A stretch of 64,000 nt of DNA from Octopus sinensis (Eukaryota), in the NCBI RefSeq assembly GCF_006345805.1, contig NC_043024.1, forward strand, positions 8,618,001-8,682,000, given 5' to 3'. The notes below the pieces were generated by a model. The model was not told the origin of the DNA and ran no database searches. It was given only the letters and a program-made list of their open reading frames with translations. Of this stretch, positions 1-14,156 are shown in pieces (position 1 is the first letter of the stretch; each line of letters starts with the position of its first letter). The translations under genes and the position numbers were made by a program.

Positions 1-416
1 GAGGGTTGATAAAATGAATACCAATAGATTTCTGGGGTTAATGTAATTGATTTTCTCTTCCTTTAACCAAAATGTGAAATCCTTATTATTATTATTTTGT
101 TGTTGTTGTTGTTAGGTAATTTGGTTCCATCCTTTTTATAGTACAAGTTCAAACCCTAGTGGTGGATCAGCTTTACTTTTCGTTCTCCTGGGGTCGATAA
201 AACGAATTAAGCCATCTGCACACCGGGGTTTCACTCAATCAACTGTGCCTTCAGATGTTTGGCCTTATGTAGATGTGAATCATCACCATCATCATCATTA
301 TTGTCATCATCATCATCACCATTGTTATATCATCATCATCATCACCACCATCACTGTTTATATATTTATCGTTTAGGGCTAACTCTGTTGATATTATTTT
401 CTCGTTTACTCTACAG

Positions 417-464
417 GACTGCAGGACTTAACTAGTCCTGCAATGACCACTGGATCTGACCCAG
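417..464 (+). CDS. PICALM: Probable 48-nt internal exon of the PICALM/AP180 homolog ((G)LQDLTSPAMTTGSDP)
   Basis: Pyrimidine-rich acceptor ...tttactctacAG at 415-416 and CAG|GTACTA donor at 465. Phase 1/1, open frame, and phase-compatible with the exon at 9973. The peptide is low-complexity, so identity rests on phase and position. Confidence 0.5.
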
Positions 465-509
465 GTACTACCATTCCAGCTTGCTGACCAACACACACAC
501 ACACACACA

Positions 510-975
510 CTGTGCATATATATATATATTATATATATATCTATCTATCTATATATATATTATATATATATGATATATCTATATATATATATATTATATC
601 TATCTATATATATATATAATATATATAGAGATAATATATATATATATGTATATATATAATATATATAATATGATATATATATATATATATAATATATGTA
701 TATATATAATATATATTATAATATATATAATATGTATATATATATAATATATATAATATATATAATATGTATATATATATAATATATAATATGTAATATA
801 TATATATAATATATATAATATTATATATATATAATATATATAATATGTATATATATATATATATATAATATATATAATATGTATATATATATAATATGTA
901 ATATATATATATATATATAATATATATATATGTTATATATATATAATATATAATAAATATATATATAATATATTG
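510..975. repeat. (TA)n-rich degenerate microsatellite
   Basis: Directly visible TA/ATA/TG runs. Confidence 0.95.
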
Positions 976-1454
976 TGTGTGTATGCAAGCAATCTTTTTT
1001 CTATGTTTTTTTCCTAAATTATCTCTGTAGACATCTTAGTTATTCTTTCTTCATCTTGTATGACGGTTGTTTGATTTCTATTCCTCAAATTTTCTTTGTA
1101 TTGTTATTATTGTTTTCTGTCATTTAATTGAAAGAGCTACTATTATTATTATTATTATTATTATTGTTGTCATCGATGTTGTTGTTCTTATTTCTTTCCT
1201 TGGTTGTCATCACTACCCACATAATAATCACTCTTACTGTACCTATCGACGTTGTATTCCGAGGTAGACGTAGATATAGTTTTGTCTTCTTTTCTCATTC
1301 CTCCTTCTTCTTCTTCTTCTTCTTACGTCAGCATGGCTCACACAAACCTTGTTTTGAAGATTTATTTTATTTCCCTCTTTGATTGTGAGATGTTCTATTA
1401 ATTTTATTCCAGATTTCTGTTTTTTTAAATTCTTTCTCTTTATTATTACTATTA

Positions 1455-1670
1455 AGGTGGGAAGCTGGCAGAATGGTTAGCACGCCAAGCGAAATGCTTA
1501 GTGGTATTTTCTCTGTCTTCACGTCCTGAGTTCAAATTCTGCCGAGGTCGACTTTGCCTTTCATCCTTTCGGGGTCGATAAATTAAGTACCAGTTGAGTA
1601 ATGGGTTCAATGTAATCAACTTAACCCCCTCCCACAAATTTCAGGCCGTGTGCCTATAATAGAAAGGGTT
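1455..1670 (+). mobile_element. SINE family C (representative copy; dozens of copies in the window)
   Basis: Head GCTGGCAGAA..GTTAGCACGCC and body GAGTTCAAATTCCGCCGAGGTCGACTTTGCCTTTCATCCTTTCGGGGTCGATAAA repeated throughout the window. Confidence 0.85.
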
Positions 1671-2233
1671 ATTATTATTGTTATTGTTGAGGTTGTAAGT
1701 TGGCAGAACCATTAGCACGCTGGGCAAAATGCTTAGTGGTATTTCGTCTGCCGCTACGTCCCAAGTTCAAATTCTACCATGGTTGACTTTGCCTTTCATC
1801 CTTTCGGATGTTGATAAAATAAGTTATCCTCCTTCATGGAAAGCATGGAGGACAGAATCGGTGTGTTTACTGAATGACCAGCATGTCTGTGGGAAGTTTG
1901 TCTTGCCTCGATGCTGTATTGGTAATCATGGTCAGTAGATCTAGCTGTCAATAAACCCTTTTGTAAGTAGGTACCATTGGCTGGTATAAAATTTTGGCCA
2001 AGACCACCACATGTCTTTGTAAATAGGTACCAAATGCTGGTATAAAGTCTTGGTAAGCCATCCATCTGCCTTTGTATGTAGGTTCCATAGGCTCTTTTAA
2101 AACTGCATTGAAATCCACTACCCAGTTTAGAAGCAGGTCCTAGAAGCTAATATGAAATTTTGGCCTGTTCCACTACTTTGCTTAGAAATGCTACAGGTTT
2201 GCATAGTTTGATGAGGTCCACTAGCTTGTAAGT

Positions 2234-2520
2234 GGAGGCACATGGCCTAGTGGTTAGAGCAGCGGACTCGCGGTCGAGGGATCGCGGGTTCGAATCTCAG
2301 ACCGGGCGATGTGTGTGTTTATGAGCGAAAACACCTAAGCCCCACACGGCTCCGGCAGAAGGTAATGGCGAACTTCTGCTGACTCCTTCGCCACAACTTT
2401 CTCTCACTCTTTTCTCCTGCGATGGACTGGCGTCCCATCCAGGTGGGGAACCTATACGCCAAGGAAACCGGGAAACCAGCCCTTATGAGCCAGGCATGGC
2501 TTGAGAAGAAACAACTACAA
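2234..2520 (+). mobile_element. tRNA-derived SINE, family B (other copies about 29270-29562, 39371-39670; variants 3145-3370, 56076-56420)
   Basis: tRNA-like head with A box TGGCCTAGTGG and B box GGTTCGAATCT. Body and tail shared among the copies. Confidence 0.85.
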
Positions 2521-2789
2521 AACTAGCTTGTAAGTCCTCTGTTAATCTATCAGTGATTGATGAAGACCACAACTTCAACAATGAAGGATGCAGTGGTGTG
2601 TGGAAACCACAGTATCATGACTGTTCATGTCAATACAACATCTTCCATGAGTCCTTGCAAGCAGGAAATGATGGTATTTTGTTGTTGCAGATGTATGTGT
2701 GTTTATGATCGGCACAAAGTAAAGGACCCATCGTTTGTTTGGTGTTCCAAGAAGCGTATGTCAGTTGGACCCAAAGTTATTTGTATGTG

Positions 2790-3040
2790 ACTGGCATGTT
2801 AAAAGCACCAACCGATCGAGGCCGCTGCCAGACTCCCCTGGCACCTGTGCCGGTGGCACGTAAAAAGCACCCACTACACTCTCAGAGTGGTTGGTGTTAG
2901 GAAGGGCATCCAGCTGTAGAAACTCTGCCAGATCAGACTGGAGCCTGGTGCAGCCTCCTGGCTTCCCAAACCCCGGTCGAACTGTCCAACCCGTGCTAGT
3001 GCGGAAAACGGACGTTAAACGATGATGATGAAGATGAAGA
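2790..3040 (+). mobile_element. Family D: RTE-type 3'-end element (other copies about 6610-6895, 10180-10500, 10865-11300, 18050-18200, 51640-51790; - copies 38320-38600, 46405-46650)
   Basis: Shared GGTTGGCGTTAGGAAGGGCATCCAGCTGTAGAAAC...CCAGCATGGAAAGCGGACGTTAAA followed by a (GAT)n tail. The same sequence ends the LINE at 41760-44120. Confidence 0.8.
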
Positions 3041-3426
3041 TGTTGAGTCGGAGAAACTTGTGTAGCATCCCCTACACTCTCTCATCCGGAATCAGCTGGA
3101 TGCAGGAATTGTTTGAGAATTTACAGAGTTTGACAAAGAACTGTTGAGGCATATGGCTTAGTGGTTAGGGTGTTGGACTCATGATCATAAGATTGTGGTT
3201 TCGATTCCTGGACTGGGCAACGCGTTGTGTTCTTGAGCAAAATACTTCATTTCACATTGCTCCAGTCCATTCAGCTAGCAAAAATGAGTAATCTTCGCAA
3301 CAGACTGGCATCCTGTGATGGGAGGAATATTTATGTCACAGAAACCAGGAATCTGGTCCTATGAGTCTATATAATTTGGGAAGGGTATTTATCCCTTTTT
3401 TTTGTAAAAAATACAAGGAATTAGCT

Positions 3427-3835
3427 GCAGGAGTGGCTATGTGGTAAGTAGCTTGCTTCCCAACTACATGGTTCCGGGTTCAGTCCCACTGCATGGCACC
3501 TTGGGCAAGTGTCTTCTACTATAGCCTCGGGCCGACCAAAACCTTGTGAGTGGATTTGGTAGACGGAAACTGAAAGAAGCCCCTCGTATATATGTATATA
3601 TATATATATATGCGTGTGTGTGTATGTTTGTGTGTCTGTGTTTGTCCCCCTAGCATTGATGGACAACGATGCTGGTGTGTTTATGTCCCTGTTACTTAGC
3701 GGTTCGGCAAAAGAGGCCGATAGAATAAGTACTGGGCTTAGAAAAGAATAAGTCCCGGGGTCGAGTTGCTCGATTAAAGGCAGTGCTCCAGCATGGCCGC
3801 AGTCAAATGACTGAAACAAGTAAAAGAATAAAGAG
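3427..3835 (+). mobile_element. tRNA-derived SINE, family A (other + copies about 22836-23198, 31113-31480, 32646-33028, 33570-33960, 34280-34615, 59016-59420, 60522-60915; - copies about 15570-16050, 35465-35600, 36070-36310, 56430-56590)
   Basis: Shared head GGAGTGGCTGTGTGGTAAG...GGTTCAGTCCC, CORE-like CCTTGGGCAAGTGTCTT, internal (TA/TG)n and tail CCAGCATGGCCGCAGTCAAATGACTGAAACAAGTAAAAGA. Confidence 0.88.
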
Positions 3836-4985
3836 AGAGAGAGAGAGCTACACTTGGGATATTTCTATCAGGGTTATTTCCCTTCTTCTTCTGATATCCT
3901 TAGCACTGATAAGACCAAAGCTATTTTTACCCTCAGTTGGAAATTTGTCCCATATTTTTTTTCTCTATAGAGTTTACTGTTGCTTCAATAAGTCATATGA
4001 TTTAATCTTAGAAGTATTACAAGGTTTGCCAAATTCCTTGAGCTGTCCTTCCTTCTCTGCAATGTGAAACCTGAACTTTTAAGGCAGGCTCCAGTATTTA
4101 ATGAACTGTTCATTATGCATACACATCCGTATTTGTATGTATATATTTATATAGGTTAAATAAACACCATTTAATATGTTAGTCTCTGAATATCTGGCCT
4201 ATAAAATAGGAAATCTACATTAAAAATGTGTGTGTATATGTGCAGAAACTTTTAGATATCACAGTTTGTCAATGAAAGAGGATGACAGTTTTCAATACTC
4301 AGTGTAAAGTGTATAATTTAAACTGAATAATTATTCCTGCGAGTTAAAAAAGAATTAAATAAACATTATGTGCATGTGAGAGAGTCTATGTATGTATATA
4401 TGTGTGTATATGGATATATAGAGATATATTGTGTGTATGGCTGTATTTATATATATGAAATCAAAGTTATAAAGATGTGTGCAATAATTAAGAGGAAGGT
4501 CAAACAGTCAAGGATAAATCCATTTCATCAGCCCTGATTTTGTCTAGTCATTAGGATTTCGGTGCTGGAAAACATGGAATCACTCATCTGGAAACACAGA
4601 GGCTAGAGACATAGGGCTTAGACCAAAAGACATGAAGAGTATTAAAATATAAAGGAGTCTTTTACACGGGACAGAAAAGAGAGTTGCTGGCATAAATGAA
4701 TATATATATATATATATATATTATATCAGAAATATTAAATTTCTAAATATCTCATAGAGACATGAGCAGTGGTGGAGCGATAGAGTGGTTGTATACTGTC
4801 AACTTAACGTGACAGTCCTGTAAGGGAATTACACCACCGCTGTTTAGCCCTAGGAAGCATCGACGCTTCCTGGAGGCCTTGACACATTTCCTGTGTCCTT
4901 ATATATTTACGAAGGGGAGACAAACACCCCCAACAGCTATATATATATATATATTATATTATATATATATATATATATAATATAT

Positions 4986-5022
<37 letters not shown>

Positions 5023-6129
5023 ATATGCATGTATGTATATGAGATTTTCATTGATGTTACTAGTAGTTTCTTGTCTGATGGACAAGTCATCAGACCATGC
5101 AAACTAAATGCCATGGTCTGACAGTTTACAGCTGTGGTAATAATAAAAAAGGGAATGGAATGATGATTTGCAGCTGTGACATGAAACTATTTGTCAGCTC
5201 TGAGGAAAGTCTGCAGTTCGTTTGTGTGTCAATCTGTCTGTCTTATGTGCAGGCATGGCTCTGTGGTAAGCAGTTTACTTTTCAACCACATGGCCACAGG
5301 TTCAATCCCATTGCTTGGCAACTTGGATAAGTGTGTTCTACTTTTCTACCCAGGCCAATCAAATCTTTGTAAATACCATATTTAGTCCTAAACTCCTGCA
5401 GTTTCTCTAACCATTGCACCTCTTCTTCCCCTCTCTTCCTTATTTCTATCCATTCTTTGTATGCGATGCACTCAAAATATTCTTCTTTGTAAAGTCTTTG
5501 ATATGTTTTCTATAATCAACTAATTTTTTAAACGACCACCATCATTATTTTCTGTGATGTCTTTCATCTGTTAGTTTCATAGAAATTCAGCATTTATATT
5601 GTCTAGACTGATTCTGTTATTTGGTGCCTTGCATTTCATTATCTTCATGTATAGGTGCAGGGGTGGCTGTGTGGTAAGAAGTTTGCTTCTCAACCACATG
5701 CAGTATTTCGTCTGTCTTTACATTCTGAGTTCAAATTCTGCCATGGTCAACTTTGCCTTTCATCCTTTCAGGGTCAATAAAACAAGTCCTAGTCAGGTGC
5801 TGGGGCTGATGTAACCGACTTACCCCCCCCCCGTCCCTGAAATTGCTGGCCTTGTGTCAAAAGTTGAAACCGTTAGTTGCTTTGTGACGGTGACAAGCTG
5901 GCAGAATTGTTGGCACGCCGGTCAAAGTGTTTAACAGTATTTTATCTGTCTTTATATTTTGAGTTCAAATTCCACCTGGGCTGGACTTTGCTTTTCATCC
6001 TTTCAGGGTTGAGAATATAAGTACCAGTTAACTAATGGGGTTGATGTAATTGACTAGTCCTCTCCCCCCAAAATTTCAGGCTTTATGTCTATAGGAGAAA
6101 GAATTATTATTTGCTTTGTTGTTTTTTTC

Positions 6130-6170
<41 letters not shown>

Positions 6171-7255
6171 TTTTGACCCTTTTCCATTGTTATCATTTTT
6201 GTCTCTTAGTTCTTTTATTATTCCCTGCAGTCCACTGTTGTGGTTTATCTCCAAGGCATATTCCAACCATGACCATTTCATCTATTTTGTATAGCTGGGG
6301 CTACATGTTTCTTGCCATTGCTTTTTTTCTCCCCCTTAAGATAGCAGGGTACGATTTGGCATTTCACTACTATATTTAGCAGAGTAAGTAATGATGTAAA
6401 AACTTTCTCATTAGCTCGTATTTATTCCTTATTCGTTAGCAGTTTTAGTACCAGTTAATATATTGTAGCAAAACTCAATCAACTATACTGAATCTTCTGG
6501 AAAATATTAATCTTATGATTTTATCAAAAACAAAGCTATGCTGTGTATAACACGCATTTGCATACAAGATGTATCCCTAATTAGGAGTAATGAAATTCCA
6601 AAGAGAAACCGAACGTGGCCGTAGCCAGTGCCACATCCACTGGCTTCCATGCCCGTGGCACGAAACAAACACCATCTGTTCGCCAGCCTCGTCTGGCACC
6701 TGTGTCGGTGGCACATAAAAAGCACCCACTACACCCACAGAGTGGTTGGCGTTAGGAAGGGCATCCAGCTGTAGAAACACTGCCAGATCAGACTGGAGCC
6801 TGGTGCAGCCTTCTGGCTTCCCAGACCCCAGTTGAACTGTCCAACCCATGCCAGCATGGAGAACGGACATTAAACGATGATGATTATGATGATGAAACCA
6901 TCTTTTGGTATTACAATGCAGGGAAAATGGTGTGTTTAATCAGATTTTTGGGGGTTTAACCTTTAATATTTAAACTGACCAGATCCTACCTCTCACACCT
7001 ACCCTACAATATCATTCTAAAAATATACACTCACATCATCAAAATTTCAAAGCTATGAAATGTAATTATTTTTAGTATGTCATTTCTGAATTATCTGAAA
7101 GACTAATCTGTCAGACTATATACTAGTTGCTGGTATGTAGTTATCAAAGATAACACAGTTTGACTTTATATCCTCACGCCAACCATGTAGTCCTTGCACA
7201 CCGGAAAAGAAGGGTTGCAGCTGAAATAACTTCAATCATAGGGCTGGCTGCTTAA

Positions 7256-7476
7256 CCCTTTAGCATTTAAACCAGCCATATCCGGCCAAAAGTATTCTGT
7301 CTGTTTTATGTTCAAACTAGCCAGATCTGGTCTCTCACACCAACCCTACAATATCGTTTTAAAAATTAACAGCTACCTCATCAAAATCTCATAGTTACAA
7401 GATAATGCCTGATTAGTTCAAAACAATGTGGATAAAAAAGGATTAATTTTGGCAGAATAATGTGAACACCAAAGGG
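7256..7476. mobile_element. piggyBac-like MITE
   Basis: TTAA|CCCTTT...AAAGGG|TTAA terminal structure. Confidence 0.8.
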
Positions 7477-9371
7477 TTAATCAGAGCTGGCCTGGGATTA
7501 AAAAACAACAAAATATAAGAAGCAGTGGAAAATGTGGCATGATGGTCATGCTTGGAATTGCTTTGATTTATAGATTTGCTCAAGGTTGACCTGGGGCCTT
7601 AAACAACAACAACAACAAATTTGATCTCCCTGTGCATGTTTACCTCACAAACATAAATCGCAGGGGCATAAATCTTCTGACTATTTTCTGTTTTACTTTT
7701 TACGATCACTTGCCTTTATAACCATTTTCACTTTCTTCAGTAATTCAATAATGTCTGTTGTGATATACCTTGATGATGTCTACATTTCAGTTTTTTTTTT
7801 TTTTTTCTGGTGGCAAGAGCAGAATGATTGGGGCATCGTCCCTAACCGCCTCTCTCTCTCTCTCGCTGCTGTAGTTTGGTATCGTTGTATTAAATATCCT
7901 TGTTAAAGCATTGCAAGTTATTATGTTTGTTGTGACATGGATTATAAATCTTGTTCCGTTGCTGGTCTCGTGGACTGCCTTCTTTTGACAACATCTATTT
8001 CTAGCTTCTCCAGTGTGGGAGAAGCACTAAAATATTTTGAGCAAATTCAAGTTGAATTGAGGCTCAGCAAGGCTCAAGTCCTGATAACTTTGGTTGTTTT
8101 CAGTTACACACCAACCCCGTTACACACCCGCACGTTCACTGAGGGGTTTAATTCCCTCTCCACCTTCATACACATGTCCAACACTAAACATGTTTTTATT
8201 CTACATTTTGGATTTAAAAAGAAGCACATTTGTTTATCTGACTTTGTGTGTGTGATATGTAATATTTTGATTATTTTTCCTTGATTTATTTTTAATTAAT
8301 AATAAATCTCTGAACGAGGTATAAACAGTAACTGCACGACAATGTGAGGTATATTTGCCATCTCAATATGGCTAACCACTAAGGGTGGGTGTTACTGTAG
8401 CTTTTAGCCCCAGGAGAACATCGTCTCCAGCTGGCTTTAGGCACACTTTCTGTGCCCTTATGTGCCTAAAGCCAGCTGGAGACGATGTTCTCCTGGGGCT
8501 AAAAGCTACAGTAACACCCACCCTTAGTGGTTAGCCATATTGAGATGGCAAATATACCTCACATATTTTTAATTATAAATCTAAAAAAAAGTTAATGTTT
8601 TCACTTAAATCTCTTACATTTTATTTAACTGGTTTTCTCATTAATATTTCATCCTTTTGAGGTTCGTTAAAATAAACACCAGTCAAGTACTGGAGTTAAT
8701 ACAATTGACATGTCCCAGCCCCGCCAAATTTCTAGCCTTCTCCCTGTGTCAGAAATAGATCTTTCTATTATAGGCACAAGGCCTGAAATTTTGTGGGGTG
8801 CAGTTGGTCAATTATATTGAAACCCCCCCCCCCCCAGTGCTCGACTGGTCCTTATTTTATTGGCCCCGAAAGGATGAAAGGTGAAGTCAACCTTGGTGGA
8901 ATTCAAACTCTGAACATAAAGTGAGAAGAAAATGCTTCTGAGAATTTTCTTGAACATGGTAATGGTTCTGACATCTTGCGGCCTTCATGTCTGAAATAAT
9001 TACTTAATTAAGACAGATTGGATTTGCAGAACCATCAGTGTCGCACAAAATGCCCCTTGTGGTGATTCCTGTATTCTCTTGTATATGTCTCACTGTTTTG
9101 TACACAATTTAAAATTTAAAAAAAAACTGGGGTGCAACTTATACACAGGGTAAATTTAAATATGAAGGGGAAAAAACTTTCTACTAAGATCTAACAACTA
9201 AATTAGGGGTGAGACTACTCATACACAAGTAAATACAGCAAATGCATCTCTTGATGTTTTGAGTTCAAATTCTCCTGAGGTCGAGTTTGCCTTTCATCTT
9301 TGTTGGCAGTGGGAGGTGGGGGTCAATAAAATAAAGTATCAACCAAAGACAGAGGTTGGTTTACTTGCTAA

Positions 9372-9827
9372 CCCTTTCGTTACTGTCTTTATTTTAAGAT
9401 GTTCTGTGTTTCTTCCAATTAATTTTAAATATAACAAAGAATTTAGTAAAATAATTTAATTACAATTAAGCTAATGTTAGGAACATAAGTTGTGACTAAG
9501 GTTTGGTGGAAGATTTTAATTCAAAACTTATGGAAACAAGACATTTGTACTACAGAGCCAGAGGCTGTTTCAGCCGGCTTGGTATCAAAAGGGTTAAATT
9601 AATAATTTGTTAACCCTTTTGTTACCATATTTCTGTTGAGATGCTCTGGGTTTCTTTCAATTAATTTTAAATATAACAAAGAATTTAGTAAAATAAATTA
9701 GTTATCATTCTGCTAGTGTTGGGAACATAAATTGTGACTAAGGTTTAGTGGAAGATTTTAATTAAAAAAAACAAGACATTTGTACTCAGAGCCAGATCCG
9801 GATTCAGCCGGGTTGATAACGAAAGGG
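9372..9827. mobile_element. Two adjacent piggyBac-like MITEs (9372-9593 and 9614-9827)
   Basis: CCCTTTCGTTAC...AAAGGG termini with TTAA or near-TTAA flanks. Same family as 27223-27442. Confidence 0.8.
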
Positions 9828-9972
9828 TTATGGTTCTCTCTCCGGATGTCCTACAAGTCATTAGAGATTGGTTAAATATTCTTATAAAGCATATAGAAAT
9901 GAGTGGAATTCTTGTAGCTGTTGTTGTTATTGTGTATGGTTTCTCATAGAAAGTGTTCTGCTTTATATCCAG

Positions 9973-10123
9973 GATTTAATGCTTTCGGTGATGTGTTACA
10001 ACCCCAGACTCAAACCCCTTCAAAGAAAGAACCAATGAAGCTGATTCAGGGAGATTTGGATCTCAGTTTGGCCCAGATGGCAGCTAACTTAAACATCAAC
10101 GGCCCTGCAAGTCAAGTCAAGAA
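9973..10123 (+). CDS. PICALM: PICALM/AP180 exon (GFNAFGDVLQPQTQTPSKKEPMKLIQGDLDLSLAQMAANLNINGPASQVKK)
   Basis: AG at 9971-9972 and AA|GTAAGT donor at 10124. KLIQGDLDLSLAQMAANLNI matches the conserved CALM/AP180 C-terminal motif (human PICALM KLVSDDLDSSLANLVGNLGI, recalled). Confidence 0.88.
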
Positions 10124-11377
10124 GTAAGTTTTACATTCATATAAACATATATATATATATATATATATATCGTGTAAAAGAACCATCCGAACATGGCCGT
10201 TGCCAGTGCCGCCTCGACTGGCCTTTGTGCCGGTGGCGCGTAAAAAGCACCAACCGATCATGGCTGTTGCCAGCCCCGCCTGGCACCTGTGCTGGTGGCA
10301 CATAAAAAGCACCAACCGATCATGGCTGTTGCCAGCCTCGCCTGGCACCTGTGCTGGTGGCACGTAAAAAGCACCATCTGATCGTGGCCGTTGCCAGCCC
10401 TGCCTGGCACCTGTGCCGGTGGCATGTAAAATGCACCCACTATACTCTTGGAGTGATTGGCGTTAGGAAGGGCATCCATCTGTAGAAACACTGGCAGATC
10501 AGCACAAGGACCAGTCTGACGGTACTGGCAACAGCCACGCTCAAATGGTGCTTTTTATGTGCCACCTGCACAGGAGCCAGTCCAGTGGCACTGGCAACGA
10601 CCTCGCTCGAATGTTTTGTTCACGTGCCAGTAAGGCAATGCTGGTAACGAGCACACTTAAATGCTTTTTACGTACCACCGGCAATCTGTACAAATGTAAC
10701 AGGTAGCTCTAAGTATGTATGTAACCTTTTCTCAGGTATACCTGGCATATGCATGGCTATGCGTGCTTGAGAGTATCTGTACGGATGGAACAAGTACCTC
10801 TGTGTATGTTATCTTTACCGAGGTACATACGTATATACATGACCTTGTATATTGTAGCTGTGATACCAGTGCCGGTGGCACATAAGAGAATCATCTGAAT
10901 GTGGCCTTTGCCAGCGCTGCCACGACTGGCTTCCGTGCTGGTGGCACGTAAACAGCACCATCCGATCGTGGTCGTTTGCCAGCCTCGCCTGGCCCCTGTG
11001 CCAGTGGCACATAAAAAGCACCATCCGATCGTCGCCATTGCCAGCCTCGCCTGGGCCCTATGCCGGTGGCACATAAAAAGCACCATCCGATCGTGGTTGT
11101 TTGGCAGCCTTGTCTGGCACGTAAAAAGCACCCATTACACTCACGGAGTGGTTGGCGTTAGGAAGGGCATCCAGCTGTAGAAACTCTGCCAGATCAGATT
11201 GGGCCTGGTGCAGCCTCCTGGCTTCCCAGACCCCAGTCGAATCGTCCAACCCATGTCAGCATGGAAAGCGGATGCTAAATGATGATGATGATGATGATGA
11301 CCCTGTATATTTTTGTGTGTGAGTGTATATATGTTTGTACAGATGGAGTAACTAACTGTCCCCTTGTGTCTTTTCAG

Positions 11378-11444
11378 AACCGACCATCAGTGGCAGCCAA
11401 AAGGGGAACAAAAGAAAACAGGCGGCGCCAATTGGGCAGCACCG
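11378..11444 (+). CDS. PICALM: PICALM/AP180 exon (KTDHQWQPKGEQKKTGGANWAAP)
   Basis: CTAAC branch point and ttttcAG acceptor at 11376-11377, donor CCG|GTATTG. Phase 2 start fits the previous exon. Peptide resembles PICALM NDVNWSQPGEKKLTGGSNWQP (recalled). Confidence 0.87.
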
Positions 11445-11589
11445 GTATTGTCTTCTTCTACAACTTGGGTATGAATAAGTAGCATTGTTGTTTATCGTTT
11501 TGTTTCGTGCTTTTTTTTTTGTCATATTTTCGTTGCTGCTGTCATCGTTCTCCTGTTCATCCTCATTAAACTTGCATACATGGGTGTGT

Positions 11590-14045
11590 ATATGGATTTA
11601 TGTAATACATGTGTATGTATATATATGTATATATATATATAGATATATATTATATATATATATATATATGTGTACATATTGTATATATATGTGTGTATAT
11701 ATATGTATATATGTGTATATATATGTATATATGTGTATATATATGTATATATGTGTGTATATATATATGTGTGTATATATATGTATGTATGTGTATATAT
11801 GTGTATATATGTATATATGTGTATATATGTATATATGTGTATGTATGTATATATGTATGTATATATATATGTATATATGTATGTGTATATATATGTATAT
11901 ATATGTATATATGTGTATATATATGTGTATATGTGTATATATATGTATGTATATATGTGTATGTATATATGTATATATGTGTGTATATATATGTATATGT
12001 GTGTATATATATATGTGTATATATGTATATATGTATATATGTGTATATGTATATATATATATGTGTATATGTATATATATATATATATGTATATATGTGT
12101 ATATGTATATATATATATGTATATATGTGTATATATGTATGTATATATATATGTATATATGTGTATATATATGTGTATATGTGTATATATATGTATATAT
12201 GTGTATATATATGTATATATGTGTATAATTGTATATATATATGTGTATATATATGTATATATATGTATATATGTGTATATATATGTATATATAGGTATAT
12301 ATGTGTATATATATATGTATATATGGTGTATTATATGTGTAATATAATGTATATGTGTATATATATGTGTATATATATATGTATATATGTGTATATATAT
12401 ATGTATATATATATAGTATATATGTGTATATATATATGTATATTATATGTATATGTGTATATATAATGTATATGTGTATATATAATGTATATATATATGT
12501 ATATATGTGTATAATATATATATATGTATATATATATATGTATATATGTGTATATATATGTGTATATATATATGTATATATGTGTGTATATATATATGTA
12601 TATATGTGTATATATATATGTATATATGTATATATATATATGTTAGTATATATGTATATAATATGTATATTATATATATGTATATGTGTATATATATATG
12701 TGTATATATATATGTGTTATATATATGTGTATATATATATGTTATATATATATATGTGTATATATATATGTATATATATATGTATAATTGTGTATATATA
12801 TATATGTATATATATATATATGTATATGTATATATAGTGTATATATATATGGATTATATATATGTATATATGTGTATATATATATGTATATATATGTATA
12901 TATGTGTATATATATATGTATATATGTGTATATATATGTGTATATATCTATGTATATATGTGTATATATATGTTATATATATATGTATATATGTGTATAT
13001 ATATATGTATATTATATGTATATATGTGTATTATATATGTATATATATATGTATATATGTGTATCTATAGTTTATATGTGTATATATATATGTATATATA
13101 TATGGATATATGTGTAATATATATGTATATGTATATATATATATGTATATATGTGATATATATATGGTATATATTAGTATATATGTGTGTATATATATAT
13201 GTATATATGTGTATATATATATGTATATGTATATATATATATATGTATATGTATATAGATATATATATGTATATATATATATATGTATATGTGTATAATA
13301 TATATGTGTATATATATATGTGTATATATATATGTGTATATATATGTGTATATATATATGTGTATATATATATATGTATATATATATGTATATATATGTG
13401 TAATATATATATATGTATATATATGTATATGTATATATATGTGTATATTATATATGTGTATATATATATATGTATATATATATATATGCATATATACACA
13501 TATATATGTATATATATATATGTATATATGTGTATGTATATATATATATGTATATATATATATGTATATATGTGTGTGTATATATGTGTGTATATATATA
13601 CATGTATATATGTGTATGTATATATGTGTATATATATGTATATATGTGTATATATATGTATATATGTGTATATATATATGTATACATGTGTACAGATATA
13701 TGTATACATGTGTATATATATGTATATATGTGTATATATATATATGTATATATGTGTATATATATATATATATGTGTATATATATATATATGTATATATG
13801 TGTATATATATATATATGTATATATATGTGTATATATATATATGTGTATATATATATGTGTATATATATATATATGTATACATGTGCATGTATGTATATA
13901 TATATGTATACATGTGCATGTATGTAATACGTGTATGTATGTGTATATGTATGTGTTTGTATTTATATGCGTGTGTGTGTTTATACATATATGCACACAG
14001 TCATATGCACATCTGTGAATATAATATGTATACACACACACACAC
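11590..14045. repeat. About 2.4-kb degenerate (TA)n/(TATATG)n microsatellite array in a PICALM intron
   Basis: Directly visible. Source of the YIYVYM-type spurious ORFs on both strands. Confidence 0.97.
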
Positions 14046-14156
14046 AAAACTACCTCTTGATTCTGTTATGTGTCTGTCTTTGTCCATTTGTGTGTCTATG
14101 TATATGTCTGTACGTTTATACGTATCTCTTAGAATGTGTGACTGTGGTTTTGCATA

